Source: Candidatus Daviesbacteria bacterium (lineage in GTDB: Bacteria; Patescibacteriota; Microgenomatia; Daviesbacterales; UBA10151). From it: 64,000 bases of DNA. Shown here piece after piece: positions 55,441 to 64,000 of this stretch. The stretch is from contig JACPDA010000004.1 in NCBI GenBank assembly GCA_016184225.1, positions 70,800 through 134,799 of the forward strand. The letters run 5' to 3'. Within the stretch, counting starts at the first letter, position 1. Every line of letters starts with the position of its first letter. The translations under genes were made by a program, and so were the position numbers. The notes below the pieces were generated by a model that worked only from the letters and a program-made list of their open reading frames with translations, did no database searches and had not been told where the DNA came from.

Positions 55441-57197
55441 AAATACCTAACCCATTTAAAAAACCAAATGTCCAAAGTGAACCGACCGTTCCTCAATTAA
55501 CCTTAGAGGATGTCCTGGCTCCGGCAGAAACAGAGGTGGATTTTAGTTACCTCAGGGTAGACAGCCGATATTTCCGAACTTATTTTGTATCAAACTACCC
55601 CAGGTTTGTAGAACCCAATTGGCTGGAGCCGCTGATATCTTTCGACCACTCTTTGCTGGTTTCCATGTTTATTTACCCTTCGCAGTCGCAGGGGGTACTG
55701 GACGAACTAAAACGTAAAGTTGCCGAGATGGAAGCCACCATACAAACTGATCTCGAGCGAGGCAGAGCTATCGACCCGGCTGTTGAAGTGGCCTTGGAAG
55801 ATGCCAAAAGCCTGCAGGATCAACTGGTCAGGGGGGTGGAGAGATTTTTCCAATTTTCGCTCTATATCTCGGTCCCTGCCGGATCTTTGGAAGAGCTACA
55901 AAACACCTCAAAACTGGTGGAGTCCACCCTGGCTTCTCTTTCTATAACTGCCAAGCAGGTTTCCTTGCAAATGGAGGATGGTTTTAAATCCAGCCTGCCG
56001 CAAGGAACGGATTACTTAAATTTAACCCACAACATGGATACCACTTCTTTAGCGACCACTTTTCCTTTTGCCTCATCGGAGCTGACCGAGAACGAAGGTA
56101 TTATGTACGGCATCAACGAACACAATGATTCGCTGATTCTATTTGACAGGTTTAGTTTAGAGAACTATAACTCGGTAATATTTGCCAAAGCCGGAGCCGG
56201 TAAAAGTTTTCTAGTCAAACTGGAAGCACTGCGATCCTTAATGTTCGGCACCGAAATCATCGTCATTGACCCGGAACAAGAATACTTGTCGCTGTCACAA
56301 GCTGTCGGCGGCGAATATATTAATTTTTCCGCCTCTTCTCCGGTCAAAATCAACCCTTTTGATATGTCGGCCGAAATAATTCCTGGCGAAAATGAGTTGG
56401 GACGCAAAATCCTTTCTTTAACCAGCTTTTTAAGAATTGTCCTGGGTGCCTTAAGTGCCCAAGAAGCCGCTATCTTAGACAGAGCCTTAAAACAAACATA
56501 CCAACTAAAAGGCATCACTGATGATCCAAAAACGCAGAATAAGGAAGCGCCTTTAATGGAAGATCTATATAAAGTACTGATCGGAATGGAAGAGGCTCCG
56601 GCCATGGAACTGGCGGCCAGACTGGAAAGATTCATCAAAGGTTCTCTTACCGGAATATTTTCCGCCCAATCAAACATTGATCTGTCTAATTCCTTTACAG
56701 TATTTTCCGTGCGCGACCTGCCGGATCAACTCCGGCCCTTGGCTATCCATATGATCCTGGATTATGTCTGGACCAAAATTAGGGGAAAACTCAAAAAAAG
56801 ACTGTTAATTGTAGATGAGGCTTGGTATTTAATGAGAAACCAGGATTCTGCCGACTTTTTGGTGGATATAGCCAAAAGAGCCAGAAAGTATTATTTGGGG
56901 CTCACCACTATCACCCAAGACGTGGAGGATTTCTTGGGAAGCGAGCGCGGCAAAGAAATTATTTCCAACTCCTCCATTCAGATCCTTTTGAAACAAGCTC
57001 CTGCTTCCATTGATCTTTTGGCAGAGGTGTTCAACTTATCAGAAGGGGAACAGCGGCTGTTGATGTCGGAAGGAATCGGCGAAGGGATATTTTTCGCCGG
57101 CAGCACTCATGTGGCAATGAGGGTGGTGGCCTCAGAAAATGAACATCGGCTGATCACTACCAATCCGGCAGAAATACTGGCAAGACAAAAAGAATAA
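55437..57197 (+). CDS. VirB4/TrbE/CagE-family T4SS ATPase domain (split VirB4, part 2)
   Basis: Walker A AKAGAGKSF; Walker B/DEAW block LLIVDEAWYLM; C-terminal TQDVEDF. Confidence 0.65.
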   Translation: MKIPNPFKKPNVQSEPTVPQLTLEDVLAPAETEVDFSYLRVDSRYFRTYFVSNYPRFVEPNWLEPLISFDHSLLVSMFIYPSQSQGVLDELKRKVAEMEATIQTDLERGRAIDPAVEVALEDAKSLQDQLVRGVERFFQFSLYISVPAGSLEELQNTSKLVESTLASLSITAKQVSLQMEDGFKSSLPQGTDYLNLTHNMDTTSLATTFPFASSELTENEGIMYGINEHNDSLILFDRFSLENYNSVIFAKAGAGKSFLVKLEALRSLMFGTEIIVIDPEQEYLSLSQAVGGEYINFSASSPVKINPFDMSAEIIPGENELGRKILSLTSFLRIVLGALSAQEAAILDRALKQTYQLKGITDDPKTQNKEAPLMEDLYKVLIGMEEAPAMELAARLERFIKGSLTGIFSAQSNIDLSNSFTVFSVRDLPDQLRPLAIHMILDYVWTKIRGKLKKRLLIVDEAWYLMRNQDSADFLVDIAKRARKYYLGLTTITQDVEDFLGSERGKEIISNSSIQILLKQAPASIDLLAEVFNLSEGEQRLLMSEGIGEGIFFAGSTHVAMRVVASENEHRLITTNPAEILARQKE

Positions 57198-57212
57198 TGA
57201 TAACCTAAACCT

Positions 57213-59060
57213 ATGGCCTTTTTAAGCCCCTTAGAACTTGAACGACTTAAGTTACTGCTTTCAGGAAAAACACTCCCAATGGAGGCACAAATTAGCACTT
57301 TGGATATGTTGCGCTCCAGATTTCCTGATTTCCTTACCGCTCTGCCTAATATAACAAAAGAAAATCTGCAGGATAATAAGTTTCTCATTAAATACTTAAC
57401 CAATCCATATAATAGAAACGGAATTAAAAACGCCCTTCGCAGTGAACTGTCTCTATCTCCAACTCAACAAATCGACCTGGAACAGACACTAAATGAAAAA
57501 TTTGTCGCAGCAGAAGAAGTTGGCGGACAGTCAACTAGCCAAGAAACACAACCAGCAGGAGCAGCCGGCAGTTCTGCCGGAAACATGCCTTTTGGTGGTA
57601 TGTCATCCGCTTCGCCTGTACCTTTCACCCCAAGGCGTATTTTTGTAACTCAACAAACCCCGCCGGCCAGCGGGATGGAAGGTGGTACTGACCAAAACAT
57701 GGCTGCCACAAATAAAGCAGGCCAGAGGTTTAACTTTTCAACTTTTAGATCCAAGGTGGGATCAAAAATAACTGGAGCTGCCAAAACCGGACTGGAGAGA
57801 GCTAACCCATTTCTAAAACGGATGGGCAATGGTGGGATCAAGGCTCTTTCTGGTATGGCTAATTTAGGCGGGGGACATGGGGGCGTTTTCTCCTCGCTTG
57901 GAAGATTCAGTCAAAGAGGAGGACGCGAGGGATCTATAATCAGCAAGGCTAAAGGCAGGGGGGGGTTGATATTTGCAGGAAGCATTATCGGTTTAATGCT
58001 TCTCACGGGGACATTAGCTATTATGGGCACCACCCCAACCGGAGAGGCAGCGCCTATAAGTAATACTGTTGGCCTGGATTACACTCTGCCTTTAAAAAAT
58101 ACATCTGTTCAGCCTGTGGATATTAAAGCTCAAGTTAAAACAACTTTCCCTGGGGCAAAATTGGAATATTGGGATAAAATCGTCCAAAGCAGTGTAACTG
58201 CCGGTTTCAACCCGGCCCTAGCTTTAGCTTTATGGATTGAAGAAACAGGCGCCTCGCAAACAACGCTTGCCAAAAACGACGGGAGCGAAATCCCTGTTAA
58301 TGGGGCTTTTACCAGAGGCCACCTGGGTTGCGCACCAACAGAAGATCAGACTATGGATGAAAGCTTAAGCTGTTTATTTAAATTTATGGCCGCAAATAAC
58401 TTTACCAATGACCAATTTGCGGATTTTATGGCCAAGTATTCCGGAGGGCCTGCTAATGCCCCCTTTTCTAATAACCCAGACTTCCCGAAAAACATTAAAG
58501 ACTGGTATACAAGACTGGTGCCTGCCGGAACCGGAGCCATAGTGGCAGTCACCCCCAGTTCGCCGCCCAAACAAGCCATCGCTTCTTGCCCTGTAGCCGA
58601 GGGGCACATTAGCACACCTTCTTATAACGCCAACCCAAGTACGGGTCATTGCGGGGGCAGTTACAGTTATGCCTGCAAATGCGGAACATCAGGCAGAAGA
58701 GCCAAGGCAATCGATGTCCCGACTAATGGCCAAAGCGTAATTCTACCCACTATAGAGAATCAACAGGTGACTTGGAGGTTAATTGTCGGTCCCTATGCTG
58801 TTGACAGCGGAGAGGGTGGAGGACTCGGATACACTTTCCAAGCTACCCTTGGAGGTAACTCCTGGTACCTGGACATGTTACACTTAAATCAGTCGCCCCT
58901 TGCGCTAGGAGGAGAATACCCTTCCGGTACTCCTGTAGCAAAAAGTGCGATTACGCACGTACACATGACAATAGGCAAAAACTTAAGCAGTGCACCCGTA
59001 GCGGGTTCACCTACTGATTGCGACCCCAACTGGTTACCGTCTGACTTTTTATGTCAATAA
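57213..59060 (+). CDS. T4SS-associated secreted/membrane protein with putative cell-wall hydrolase region (M23/LytM-like C-terminal block)
   Basis: Gly-rich linker, TM, ...AIDVP..GQSVILP...YLDMLHLNQ...HVHMTIG... resembles M23 metallopeptidase spacing; weak. Confidence 0.35.
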   Translation: MAFLSPLELERLKLLLSGKTLPMEAQISTLDMLRSRFPDFLTALPNITKENLQDNKFLIKYLTNPYNRNGIKNALRSELSLSPTQQIDLEQTLNEKFVAAEEVGGQSTSQETQPAGAAGSSAGNMPFGGMSSASPVPFTPRRIFVTQQTPPASGMEGGTDQNMAATNKAGQRFNFSTFRSKVGSKITGAAKTGLERANPFLKRMGNGGIKALSGMANLGGGHGGVFSSLGRFSQRGGREGSIISKAKGRGGLIFAGSIIGLMLLTGTLAIMGTTPTGEAAPISNTVGLDYTLPLKNTSVQPVDIKAQVKTTFPGAKLEYWDKIVQSSVTAGFNPALALALWIEETGASQTTLAKNDGSEIPVNGAFTRGHLGCAPTEDQTMDESLSCLFKFMAANNFTNDQFADFMAKYSGGPANAPFSNNPDFPKNIKDWYTRLVPAGTGAIVAVTPSSPPKQAIASCPVAEGHISTPSYNANPSTGHCGGSYSYACKCGTSGRRAKAIDVPTNGQSVILPTIENQQVTWRLIVGPYAVDSGEGGGLGYTFQATLGGNSWYLDMLHLNQSPLALGGEYPSGTPVAKSAITHVHMTIGKNLSSAPVAGSPTDCDPNWLPSDFLCQ

Positions 59061-59494
59061 AATTTATAAAAATTATAATATTTATAATAATTATAACCGT
59101 TATATTTTTTGTTTGGAAAAACCGGGCTATTAGTAACCCCTCTTCGCCCTCCCCAACCTCAACCCCTTCCCAATCAGACAAACCCCAGGTTGTTTCTACC
59201 AAACCCGACCCTTTGGAAGAAACAATCATAGGAGCATCTGACACGATCGAGATTACCTTTAACAGACCCCTGGAAAATGTGGGGGAATTTAAAAGTAGAA
59301 TTGAACCAAAAATAAATTATAAAATAGAGTTATCCGGAGACAGAAAAACAGCCAGGATCATACCGGAAAAACCATATCAGCTGGGTACTACTTATACATT
59401 ATTTATAGGGACTGAAACCAAATTTGATGGGGTAGGCAGATGGGGAGAAGAGAAGATATACCATTTTAGGACAATAAAATATACAGGGGTATAA
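59051..59494 (+). CDS. hypothetical membrane-anchored protein
   Basis: N-terminal TM IIIFIIIITVIFFVW; 147 aa. Confidence 0.3.
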   Translation: MSIKFIKIIIFIIIITVIFFVWKNRAISNPSSPSPTSTPSQSDKPQVVSTKPDPLEETIIGASDTIEITFNRPLENVGEFKSRIEPKINYKIELSGDRKTARIIPEKPYQLGTTYTLFIGTETKFDGVGRWGEEKIYHFRTIKYTGV

Positions 59495-59609
59495 AACTGT
59501 CATTCTGAGCGAAGCGAAGAATCTCTTGACTTGTTCAAGAATCCGAACGAGATCCTTCGGCTAATCGCCTCAGGATGACAAAATGCGTTGGGAAATTTTA
59601 CGCATTTTG

Positions 59610-60710
59610 TCAACTTAATCTCACCGGCATCACAATATATTCTAAACCTACCACTCCAACCGGTTTAATCAAGACCGCAGATAATGCCCCGGAAAATTCC
59701 ATCATAATCTGGCTAGAGGGGGCGTTTGATATGGCATCCAATAAAAACTTGGTATTAAAAGCAATAGTTAACTCCTCTCCTTCCATCTCTCCTTCTACTT
59801 CATTTTCCTGGCTCCCCAGCTCTTTGGCATGAGATTCAAGTTTCAAAAGCCCTTTTTTGGTGGTTAAAACCACTACATTAGCTTCATTCTTGGCAAAAAT
59901 GGCCGCCAGCTTGACTCCTTTTAAAAATTCGTCTTTTACTACAACCGCTCTGGCCACAATCTTTTCCGGGATAATTTTCCCCCAAGCCGGGAATTGACCT
60001 TCAATCAGCCTCGATGAAACTATAGTGCTTCCCAAGTTAAAAACTACCTGGTTTTGGTTTTGACTGGTTGCAATACTCACCTCTTCAGCTTCTTCCTCAG
60101 ACATAATTCTGAGTAACTCTTCAAAAGTCCTTCTGGGAATTAAACTCTTAAATTGGTATTTGCCTTTCGGCAACTCAACCTGGCGATGGGCCAGCCTAAA
60201 ACCATCTGTGGCCACAAAATCTAACTTGCCACTGGAAGCTTCCGTGAGTATCCCTGTTAAGATAGGCCTGCCCTCGTCAATAGCTGAGGCGAATAAAATC
60301 TGGGATGAAGTTAAAAATGCTTCCTTAGGAAAACTGATTCCGGACTCATCTGAAAGAGGGATAGCCGGAAATTCCGCTGCTGCAATGCCATTAATACTGG
60401 CTTTCAGTTTCCCCGATTGAACCGTTAATAGCCCGCCCTCTGATATTAGACTCACCTTAGCTTGCCCTAAACTCGAGATTAAATCAACTAATGTTTTGGC
60501 AGGAACCGTAATTTCACCAGGGGTTTCTGCTTCCACCTTAAGATATTTGATTACCCCAATTTCTAAATTTGTAGCAGCAGCTTTTAATTTTTGATTCTCA
60601 ACTGATAATAAAATATTATCCAGAACCGGCAGGGTTGACCTTACCCCAACTGACCTGGCTACTGCCTGGAGTACCGGCAGTAAATCTTGTTGTAAACATG
60701 AAAATTTCAT
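59610..60710 (-). CDS. dnaN: DNA polymerase III beta sliding clamp
   Basis: three-domain clamp; N-terminus MKFSCLQQDLLPVLQAVARSVG... Confidence 0.9.
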   Translation of the reverse strand: MKFSCLQQDLLPVLQAVARSVGVRSTLPVLDNILLSVENQKLKAAATNLEIGVIKYLKVEAETPGEITVPAKTLVDLISSLGQAKVSLISEGGLLTVQSGKLKASINGIAAAEFPAIPLSDESGISFPKEAFLTSSQILFASAIDEGRPILTGILTEASSGKLDFVATDGFRLAHRQVELPKGKYQFKSLIPRRTFEELLRIMSEEEAEEVSIATSQNQNQVVFNLGSTIVSSRLIEGQFPAWGKIIPEKIVARAVVVKDEFLKGVKLAAIFAKNEANVVVLTTKKGLLKLESHAKELGSQENEVEGEMEGEELTIAFNTKFLLDAISNAPSSQIMMEFSGALSAVLIKPVGVVGLEYIVMPVRLS

Positions 60711-60714
60711 AAAA

Positions 60715-60784
60715 GTCGTCAGCTTTCAGTCTTCAGCTATCAGACTAAAATTGTCTGACGACTGACGTCTGATGACTGATAGCT
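60715..60784. repeat. TCAG/CTGA-rich palindromic intergenic repeat (copy 3 of 3), between the upstream stop and the dnaN start
   Basis: gtcgtcagctttcagtcttcagctatcagact - aaaattg - tctgacgactgacgtctgatgactgatagct. Confidence 0.5.
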
Positions 60785-61238
60785 ATTCATCCCCTTTCCG
60801 AGCAGCTACAAACCGATGCACCTCATCTTCAGTTACTTTAATTAACCGAAAATTAACTCTACCGTTTACAATAAGGTTTTTAATGTGTTTTTCTTCATCT
60901 GTCAAGATATGAAAGTTACCAGACTTAACTTCGATGAAATCTATCCGCTCGTTATTTTTAATACCGATAAAGTCAATCGGCCAGCCTAAAGGAATAATCC
61001 GGTCATAATCATAGCGCAGTTCAGCATAAGTTAGCAGCTCTGCCATTTTACCTTTCTGGGGGTTAATTGATCCCTGAATAGTCTGCAGCACCCTAGCCGG
61101 TAAATCCTGTACGCCTTTGTAAAGATCGATCAGGTCTGTGGGGATATCAGCTTTACCTTTTCCGTGAAGTCGGCCTAAAAGGTACGCAATTAACAAAATT
61201 AATCCTACAACTGCAATTATCCACCAGTTTATTAACAT
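60783..61238 (-). CDS. membrane-anchored PD-(D/E)xK (restriction-endonuclease-fold / NERD-like) protein
   Basis: N-terminal TM; ...IDFIGIKNNERIDFIEVKSG... (D...E.K). Confidence 0.4.
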   Translation of the reverse strand: MLINWWIIAVVGLILLIAYLLGRLHGKGKADIPTDLIDLYKGVQDLPARVLQTIQGSINPQKGKMAELLTYAELRYDYDRIIPLGWPIDFIGIKNNERIDFIEVKSGNFHILTDEEKHIKNLIVNGRVNFRLIKVTEDEVHRFVAARKGDE

Positions 61239-61411
61239 TTTCGTAGATTATACAGTATTTATTTTAAATACAGTAGTAATAGTAATATAACCGGTGGATA
61301 TGTTGGTAAGTAAAAATTATGAGTTCGCTTTTTGGTAAATTTTCGTGTTGAGCGCTTGTTTAAAAATGGTGGATAAGTTGTGGATAACCCCTTTTATCTT
61401 GTGGATAATAA
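61239..61411. other. candidate oriC: AT-rich unwinding region plus DnaA-box cluster between dnaA and dnaN
   Basis: GGTGGATAA, TGTGGATAA and TGTGGATAA at about 61368-61408, GGTGGATAT at about 61293; AT-rich tract at 61240-61290. Confidence 0.55.
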
Positions 61412-62779
61412 TTAAGAAGCGATAAGCTTTTGTTTTATCTCAATTAACACTCTTTGCACTTCCCTGTCTTGATTAATCAACTTTTTAATTTTATCCCGGC
61501 CATGCATAACGGTAGTGTGGTCGCGCTTACCTAAAAGAAAGCCTATTTTTTCTACAGTTAAGTTTAAATCCTCACTAAGGATAAACATGGCGATATGTCT
61601 GGGCAGCACAAACTCTTTTTGTCTTTTGGCTCCGATTAGTTCTTTCTGGTTTAAGTTAAAATATTGGCAAATGGTTTCTAAGACTTTCCTGGGCTCAGCC
61701 TTGAAACCGTTTTTAGGAGCAGTTTTAGTTTGTAAATGCCGGCTGATGTTTTCCTGGGTGGGAGGCAAATTTTGGGCCTGCAGTAGTTGCAGGATTCCTA
61801 CCAATTGGCCTTCCAGCTCCCGAATGTTAGTATCAAATGAGGAGGCCAGCATTTTTAAAGTTTCCTCCGGCAAGTTGACCTGATGCTCTAAGCATTTTGA
61901 CCGCAAAATTGCCACCCTGGTGTCAAAATCAGGAGCTTGGATATCAATCATTAGTCCTCCGGCAAAGCGAGATTTGAGCCGATCTTCCAGTTTGGCGATT
62001 TCGTGCGGCGAACGGTCTGAAGTCAGAACGATCTGGCTATTTTTGCCGACCAGTTCATTAAAGGTATGAAAAAATTCCTCCTGAGTGCCTTCCCGACCGG
62101 AGAAAAATTGGATATCATCTATTAGTAAAAGATCAGGCGAGCGGTATTTGGCGCGTAAGTCACCCATTTTGTGGGTTTGGATAGCTGCCACATAATCATT
62201 CATGAATTTTTCTGAAGGGGAATAGATAACTTTGGCGTGTGGTTTTTTATCTAAGATCGCATTGCCGATGCCCAGCATGAGGTGAGTTTTGCCTACCCCG
62301 GTTCCGCCGTACAAAAATAAGGGATTATAAGAGGTACCCGGGTTTTGTACTATTGCCTGGGCTGCAGCATAAGCGACATTATTGGAGGGACCAACTACAT
62401 AGTTGGCCAGGGTGTATTTAGGGTTTAAGATAGAGGTGGTAGTGTGAGCTGGTTGGAAGAAGTCGTCTTGCTCAATTTCCTGCTTGGTTTCCAGCTCTTT
62501 GACGATAAATTCTACCTGCACCTTTTTCCCTAACAAACTTTCAAAAGTAGATTCAATTAAGGGTAAGTGTTTTTGGTTTAGAGTTTCTTTGGCAAAAGCA
62601 TGAGGGGTAGAGATAATGATTTTATTCCCGTCAATTGATTTGAGCAAAGTTTTGGCAAAAAAAGTTTTGAAATTAGCAGGGCCGATACTGGGTTTGATGG
62701 TTTCTAAAAATTTATGCCAAAGGCGTAGGTTGTCCATAGGTTTCATTGAGCAGTAATGGAGTGTTGATAAGTTATCCAC
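61412..62779 (-). CDS. dnaA: chromosomal replication initiator DnaA (true start probably Met at 62737 or 62746)
   Basis: AAA+ Walker A GGTGVGKTHL; DnaA signature ...DDIQFFSGREGTQEEFFHTFN...; C-terminal DNA-binding domain; a TTATCCACA box sits at 62772-62780. Confidence 0.9.
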   Translation of the reverse strand: MDNLSTLHYCSMKPMDNLRLWHKFLETIKPSIGPANFKTFFAKTLLKSIDGNKIIISTPHAFAKETLNQKHLPLIESTFESLLGKKVQVEFIVKELETKQEIEQDDFFQPAHTTTSILNPKYTLANYVVGPSNNVAYAAAQAIVQNPGTSYNPLFLYGGTGVGKTHLMLGIGNAILDKKPHAKVIYSPSEKFMNDYVAAIQTHKMGDLRAKYRSPDLLLIDDIQFFSGREGTQEEFFHTFNELVGKNSQIVLTSDRSPHEIAKLEDRLKSRFAGGLMIDIQAPDFDTRVAILRSKCLEHQVNLPEETLKMLASSFDTNIRELEGQLVGILQLLQAQNLPPTQENISRHLQTKTAPKNGFKAEPRKVLETICQYFNLNQKELIGAKRQKEFVLPRHIAMFILSEDLNLTVEKIGFLLGKRDHTTVMHGRDKIKKLINQDREVQRVLIEIKQKLIAS

Positions 62780-62878
62780 AACTTAGTCTACTGGGTTGTA
62801 ATTAACAATATAGAGAAACTATTAAAAACTAGATCAAAAATCGATTGTCATTGCGAGGAGCGTAGCGACGAAGCAATC

Positions 62879-63295
62879 TCATACTAAAAATATTTCTGAG
62901 CGAGGTATTTCCTCATAAATTGCAAATTCTGGGTTTGTATAATCTCCTCTTCTATAAAGAGAAACATGTTTTCTGGTTTCCATTTTAAACCATGGTTCTG
63001 AATTTCCTTCTTGGACATAACAAACAATTCCAGGTTTTAGTATAGGTATATCGAATTTCATCAAGGCATTCACTGGTTCGCCGCTTACGGTTTCAATCCA
63101 CCTAATTAATTCAAATGTCTCTCTGTGTCCCCAAAGTAGTGGATGTTCGGGGATAACGTAGATTGGTTGAAAATCGCCGTTTAGATGTTTGGGTTTAAGA
63201 GATCCAATTTTATTAATATGCTGCCACTCGCTAGATGTGGCGTACCTAAAGACTTCCATTTGCAGAATTATAATAATTTTGCAGCTAAATAGCAA
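62879..63295 (-). CDS. hypothetical protein
   Basis: 138 aa between dnaA and rpmH; no motifs recognised. Confidence 0.3.
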   Translation of the reverse strand: MLFSCKIIIILQMEVFRYATSSEWQHINKIGSLKPKHLNGDFQPIYVIPEHPLLWGHRETFELIRWIETVSGEPVNALMKFDIPILKPGIVCYVQEGNSEPWFKMETRKHVSLYRRGDYTNPEFAIYEEIPRSEIFLV

Positions 63296-63407
63296 AACCG
63301 TAACGTTTATTTTATTAGTAGCAATGTAAACATACGCAATGACAAGAATGGGAGACTTGTGCCGACAGCATCTTGTGTAGGATGTTCAAATTTAGTAAAC
63401 TACACTT

Positions 63408-63545
63408 ATGCCAAAGCGCACTTATCAACCAAAGAAATTAAAAAGAGTCAGGAAACACGGCTTCAGGGCCAGGATAGCAACTTCTGGTGGACGTAGGGTT
63501 TTAAAAAGAAGAAGGGCGGAAGGTAGAGTTCGGCTCACAGTCTAA
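63408..63545 (+). CDS. rpmH: 50S ribosomal protein L34
   Basis: translates as [45 protein letters not shown]; below the ORF-track length cutoff; stop overlaps the rnpA start (TAATG). Confidence 0.85.
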   Translation: MPKRTYQPKKLKRVRKHGFRARIATSGGRRVLKRRRAEGRVRLTV

Positions 63546-63880
63546 TGCTCCCAAAGCCTTCCCGTTTAAACTTAAAAAAAGATTTCAAATGGGTGGCAGC
63601 CGGTAAAAAACTGGAGACTAAGTATTTAAAACTTTTTATTAAAGTTGGCGACAATCAGGAGCCCCGGTTGGGGATAGCAGGTTCTGGTAAAACCTTCCCA
63701 AAAGCCGTGGAAAGGAACCGGGCCAGAAGATTAGTGTCAGCGGCATTGGAAGCTTTATATTTAAATCTGCCGAAAAGTATTAATATAGTGGCTCTTCCCA
63801 AAGCCGGGGTGATTAAGGTAAAATCAGGAGATCTGCTTTTGGATTTAGAGGAAGGGTTGAAGAAAGCCGGGTTAGTATAA
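63545..63880 (+). CDS. rnpA: ribonuclease P protein component
   Basis: follows rpmH; basic RnpA-like ...FPKAVERNRARRLV... Confidence 0.75.
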   Translation: MLPKPSRLNLKKDFKWVAAGKKLETKYLKLFIKVGDNQEPRLGIAGSGKTFPKAVERNRARRLVSAALEALYLNLPKSINIVALPKAGVIKVKSGDLLLDLEEGLKKAGLV

Positions 63881-64000
63881 CAATTATTATGGTTATAATA
63901 ATTATAAAAATTATTAATTTCTATCAAACCTTTTTATCATTTGATAAAGGAGTACTGGCCATATTTGCGCCGGGCGGCGCATGCAGGTATAATCCGTCCT

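Noticed and set aside
1-64000. CRISPR array
   Set aside because: All repeats found are 7-nt tandem heptamers or single palindromes. There are no 25-40-nt direct repeats separated by unique spacers, and no cas-like ORFs.

Overview
The window reads as a low-GC, gene-dense bacterial chromosome, probably a Candidate Phyla Radiation / Patescibacteria-like lineage (inferred from gene content, not from any search), covering the replication-origin neighbourhood. The minus strand carries dnaA and dnaN, with DnaA boxes in the spacer between them; the plus strand carries rpmH-rnpA. Housekeeping genes include rpoD-dnaG, smpB with an adjacent tmRNA, trxB, comFC, tlyA, a Nudix hydrolase, nine tRNAs, and one tRNA gene interrupted by a group I intron. 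The accessory content is rich and falls into seven groups. (1) A type-IV-secretion-like gene set: a VirD4-like coupling ATPase, a tandem array of six VirB2/TrbC-like pilin paralogs, a TrbL/VirB6-like protein, VirB4 split into two ORFs, and an M23-like cell-wall hydrolase. It is interleaved with three 'four-helix-bundle' (23S rRNA intervening-sequence / Avd-like) genes and with telomere-like GGGTWYA heptamer repeats that form canonical G-quadruplex motifs. (2) A roughly 12 kb mosaic island between tRNA clusters (about 23.7-35.1 kb). A large serine recombinase ends inside a tRNA-Ser gene, and a tightly packed minus-strand cluster encodes a D12 adenine methyltransferase, two paralogous ParB/DGQHR-like proteins, a small PD-(D/E)xK nuclease, an SNF2 helicase and a DUF3800 protein. 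I read that cluster as a candidate undescribed restriction-modification-like defence module. (3) A tRNA with a roughly 208-nt group I intron, flanked by a partial duplicate of its 5' exon and an HTH/LAGLIDADG-like ORF. (4) Two Fic-family genes sharing a conserved roughly 45-nt upstream element, one with a near-perfect sigma-70 promoter overlapped by a 10-bp inverted-repeat operator. (5) A paralogous pair of Rx4H (HEPN-like) proteins, an AbiEii toxin and a VapBC pair. (6) A Ni-superoxide dismutase (sodN) with its maturation peptidase (sodX). (7) Two families of palindromic intergenic repeats sitting exactly in stop-to-start spacers. All calls come from reading the sequence and ORF translations. 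No database search was run. Hand-derived coordinates for tRNAs and other non-ORF features may be off by 1-2 nt.
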